From: Pedobacter sp.
Lineage (GTDB): Bacteria > Desulfobacterota > Desulfuromonadia > Desulfuromonadales > Syntrophotaleaceae
Length of the DNA stretch: 64,000 nucleotides
Assembly (NCBI GenBank): GCA_050253415.1
Contig: JBFWJC010000005.1
Location: forward strand, 96,001-160,000
Reading direction: 5' to 3'
The translations under genes and the position numbers were made by a program. Under the pieces are notes generated by a model. It searched no databases. It saw only the letters and a list, made by a program, of their open reading frames with translations, and had not been told where the DNA came from. Shown piece after piece: positions 61,338 to 64,000 of this stretch. Numbering within the stretch: the first letter of the stretch is position 1; each line of letters opens with the position of its first letter.

Positions 61338-61556
61338 TTATTCTGCTTCTACCGGGGTAGGGGCAGGAACATCGGGAACCTGAGGCGGATCGTTATCCAG
61401 ACAATCATTCAAGCAGTTAAGCATGCAGTCCTCATAGGCTTTGCCTGTGCTTGACGAACAACTGCTCGCGCAATCAGCGCCGCAGTCGGCAAGCACCGGG
61501 GCAGCTGCACCGAGGGTAATCATCATCAAAGCTGCGCCGATCAGTAATTTTTTCAT
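61338..61556 (-). CDS. Secreted Cys-rich miniprotein (CX3CX3C-X10-CX3CX3C)
   Basis: ggagg RBS, MKKLL...VLA signal peptide, 6 Cys and a Pro-rich tail. Confidence 0.7.
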   Translation of the reverse strand: MKKLLIGAALMMITLGAAAPVLADCGADCASSCSSSTGKAYEDCMLNCLNDCLDNDPPQVPDVPAPTPVEAE

Positions 61557-61586
61557 CCTGGTTTCCTCCATGATCAAAGGGGACCC

Positions 61587-61601
61587 GCAATTGATATGCC
61601 A
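61587..61601 (-). promoter_or_regulatory. Sigma54 -24/-12 promoter candidate
   Basis: The minus strand reads TGGCAT-ATCAA-TTGC, 30 bp upstream of the ATG at 61556. Confidence 0.55.
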
Positions 61602-61718
61602 ATAGGGGAAACTGCCCATGGCAGCCCCCACCAGAGCCCGTTGCCAAAGCAATACGTTAGTTACCAGACCCCGTGCTTAAATTCCCATTGCAGAATGGTT
61701 CGTAATGAAAGGGTTTCT

Positions 61719-62030
61719 TTAGTTTTGTTGCATTTGGGGACAACTGTCGATGCAACTGTCGTTATACTCTTGGCAAAGTCCCTCACAGAGTTGGATTTCA
61801 TCCTCACACGCACTGATGCAGGAAGCATAGTTGGCAGGGTCTGACATACATTCCCGGGGACAACTTCTGCCAGAACGGCAAGGGCCAAGACAACTTGCCA
61901 GTTCGGTACCACAGTCTCTCACGCAAGCAGGATCTTTCCCGGCAATACCGGCGTGAGAGAATCCTGCAGGCAAAAAAGACAAAGCAAAGGTTGATAATAA
62001 AATAAAAAAACACATGCCATATTTATCCAT
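61719..62030 (-). CDS. Secreted Cys-rich protein with six CX3C pairs
   Basis: ggag RBS, signal peptide ending SHA, and 12 regularly spaced Cys. Confidence 0.65.
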   Translation of the reverse strand: MDKYGMCFFILLSTFALSFLPAGFSHAGIAGKDPACVRDCGTELASCLGPCRSGRSCPRECMSDPANYASCISACEDEIQLCEGLCQEYNDSCIDSCPQMQQN

Positions 62031-62152
62031 GGTTTTCTCCCTTTGGGGGTAAATGATTTTGCCGAAATAATAGCCGGTTTTAAAAAAATCGCCACAGAAA
62101 TATATAGCGCAACGCTGCCATTTTTTGAGAATATTATTTTGGGATAACTCAG

Positions 62153-62503
62153 ATGGAGGAGGCTGTTATGAAACCGATATTTTTTATCATTTTGGCATTG
62201 CTGATAGCCGTGCCGGGTGTGGCTGGAGAGGGTATGCCTGAGAGTATATTGGGGTTGCATACCGATTTTGCCGCTGGACAGGTATTCGTTGAGGTGGTCA
62301 GTGGTGGTTGCACGATCAAAGACGATTTTCGCAGTTCATTCATCGACGATACTCTGACCCTGCTTAGAATCCGACAAGATGACTGCAAGGCCCTGCCTCA
62401 CAAAATTACCATCGCGTTCACACTTGAGGAATTGGGTATAAACCCGTATCAGCCTTTCAGGCTTGCTAATCGCATTGTTGTGAATGAAGGTATGATGAGG
62501 TAA
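62153..62503 (+). CDS. Exported hypothetical protein
   Basis: The signal peptide MKPIFF...VAG suggests a start at 62168. It has one Cys pair. Confidence 0.65.
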   Translation: MEEAVMKPIFFIILALLIAVPGVAGEGMPESILGLHTDFAAGQVFVEVVSGGCTIKDDFRSSFIDDTLTLLRIRQDDCKALPHKITIAFTLEELGINPYQPFRLANRIVVNEGMMR

Positions 62504-62564
62504 TAAATATTTCCCGGAGACTTTAAAAATACTGCAACCGGGAATTTTAACAAAAGGTATTGTC

Positions 62565-62984
62565 ATGACGCATAAGGGGCACATAACTCCGGGTAGGCTG
62601 AGTATAGCCCAGGCAAAAATCGGTATCGTTGTCGCTGCATTGTTTCTGCTGTTCGGCCTGGCCTTTGGCTTCGTCGTTCTGAATGAGACACCCGATTCCG
62701 AAGCCGGGCTGAAAATTCTGATGGGAGGGTTCTTTCTCCTTTGGGTGGTGGTCTGTATCGCAATGATCATCTTTTACGTGCGGATGCTGTCCAAATCGAT
62801 CAATCCCGAAGATCAGTCGCTGGTGGATTTCCAGTTTGAGGCCTCTGGCGTAGCAGATACCTCCGGCCGTGATAATGACTTTGCCGGGCGCTTGCGCCAT
62901 CTGGAAGAGTTGAAGCGGGACGGGCTGATTACCGAGGCGGAATACCGAGACAAACGGGCGCAGATCATGGCAGAGAAATGGTAA
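62565..62984 (+). CDS. Two-TM protein with C-terminal SHOCT domain
   Basis: RLRHLEELKRDGLITEAEYRDKRAQI. Confidence 0.8.
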   Translation: MTHKGHITPGRLSIAQAKIGIVVAALFLLFGLAFGFVVLNETPDSEAGLKILMGGFFLLWVVVCIAMIIFYVRMLSKSINPEDQSLVDFQFEASGVADTSGRDNDFAGRLRHLEELKRDGLITEAEYRDKRAQIMAEKW

Positions 62985-63664
62985 GGGCGTTTCCAATGCG
63001 AACGATCAAGAAGTCTACGAAGTGGCTGCCTATCCTGGTGTTGGCGCTGGTCTCCTCAATGACAGCATGTGCCAGCGGGAACCTGGCTGGTGAGGAGGCA
63101 CATGTTTACCAGCTTTTAACCCTCGAACCGTATTTTTCCTGCAATATTCCGGCAAGCTGGGGAAGGGAAGAAGGCGATAGCTCGTTCGGACTTTCCCGGG
63201 AAGAGAAAAAAGTTTACAGCATCACACTGCATGAGTCCGGGACGGGTGTTATTCCGGTCCGTATCTCTATCACCTTTTACGCCAAAGGAAACCAGCTGGA
63301 GGACTCCCCGGATACTTACATCCGTCGCCACGCCCGGCCGCTTTTCGTGTTGAAGGAGGGAGACGTCTACGGCCCGGTTACGGATACCTACGTCACGGGA
63401 AGAAATGCCCAGGTTTTTGAACGGCAAAAGAATGAATTCGTACCGTATTTTCCTCTCGATGGCATTGAACCTCCTACCGATGATATCAGGGTTTACGAAC
63501 GCCGTGAAAGGATGGCGCGGCCGATTCCGGTCCGGGAGAAGTTCGTGGTAATCCCTGTCAATTCCGGCTTCTATGCCCTGCGTTATTCCGCCTCTGCGGA
63601 GCAATTCGAGCAGTTTTTGCCTGATTTTGAGCAGGTTACAACAACCTTTCATGTGCTTCAGTAA
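62978..63664 (+). CDS. Hypothetical lipoprotein
   Basis: MTAC lipobox-like sequence after a hydrophobic stretch. It overlaps the preceding gene. Confidence 0.65.
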   Translation: MVRAFPMRTIKKSTKWLPILVLALVSSMTACASGNLAGEEAHVYQLLTLEPYFSCNIPASWGREEGDSSFGLSREEKKVYSITLHESGTGVIPVRISITFYAKGNQLEDSPDTYIRRHARPLFVLKEGDVYGPVTDTYVTGRNAQVFERQKNEFVPYFPLDGIEPPTDDIRVYERRERMARPIPVREKFVVIPVNSGFYALRYSASAEQFEQFLPDFEQVTTTFHVLQ

Positions 63665-63701
63665 GTCCGGAGCATTTCTTATTGTATCCGGGGAGTCAAC
63701 C

Positions 63702-64000
63702 ATGGGAACGTTGAAACAGCAAATCGCGGAGGATTTCAAAAAGCTGCCGCTGATCCTCGGAAAATTGCTGGGAGGGATAGCAGCGGTGTTGGGATTTGTG
63801 ACCACAATCTGGGTCCTGTACCGAAATCCGGAAAGATCGGGAGACGTCATTCTGTTCCCGCTCCTTTTGGGAGGCGCAGGGGTTGTTATCTTTGTTCTGA
63901 CCGGCAGAAGTCTGTCCGGACGATCGACTGGACCGGCTGCAAAAGCCGAGGGCCGCGACAAAACCCGGATGAATCTGCTGACATGGGCGCTGTTCCTGCT
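63702..64000 (+). CDS. Hypothetical membrane protein (3' truncated by window)
   Basis: gggag RBS, then ATG 63702 opens a frame to the window end with hydrophobic segments. Confidence 0.6.
   Translation, partial: MGTLKQQIAEDFKKLPLILGKLLGGIAAVLGFVTTIWVLYRNPERSGDVILFPLLLGGAGVVIFVLTGRSLSGRSTGPAAKAEGRDKTRMNLLTWALFL

Overview
This is a bacterial chromosomal window whose gene content (GSU3473-family ORF, acetate CoA-transferase plus SatP, lexA-imuB-dnaE2) suggests a Desulfuromonadia/Pelobacter-like deltaproteobacterium; that assignment is an inference. From left to right it holds: the 3' end of a nitrite/sulfite-reductase-like gene; an acetate activation/uptake operon; a SIR2-like gene with an ANTAR-type attenuator; a ~7.7 kb partly decayed heavy-metal islet (cueR-copA, TolC-like and IS110-like relics, Na/Pi cotransporter, YHS protein, truncated CDF) bounded by a 13-bp direct repeat; GTP-PEPCK; YyaL; a four-gene operon of two non-canonical Ddl-like ATP-grasp ligases, a GNAT and a lysine-2,3-aminomutase-type radical SAM enzyme; htpG; and several small hypothetical genes. 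A ~28 kb surface locus follows, in which a Tad/Flp pilus cluster (two duplicated pilins) is joined to a glycosylation toolkit (GtrA, a GtrB-like enzyme, three GT-C-like membrane proteins, GT2s, Wzx, a ParB-like/methyltransferase fusion, two Aur1/PAP2 paralogues). The right end carries an imuA-less lexA-imuB-dnaE2 cassette with an 18x heptamer repeat just upstream of the dnaE2 start and a direct-repeat candidate LexA operator, then an aldo/keto reductase, cspA, metF and two secreted CX3C-rich miniproteins. The best candidates for an undescribed system are the ATP-grasp/GNAT/KamA operon and the Tad-linked modification locus. All calls come from reading motifs by eye; no database searches were run.
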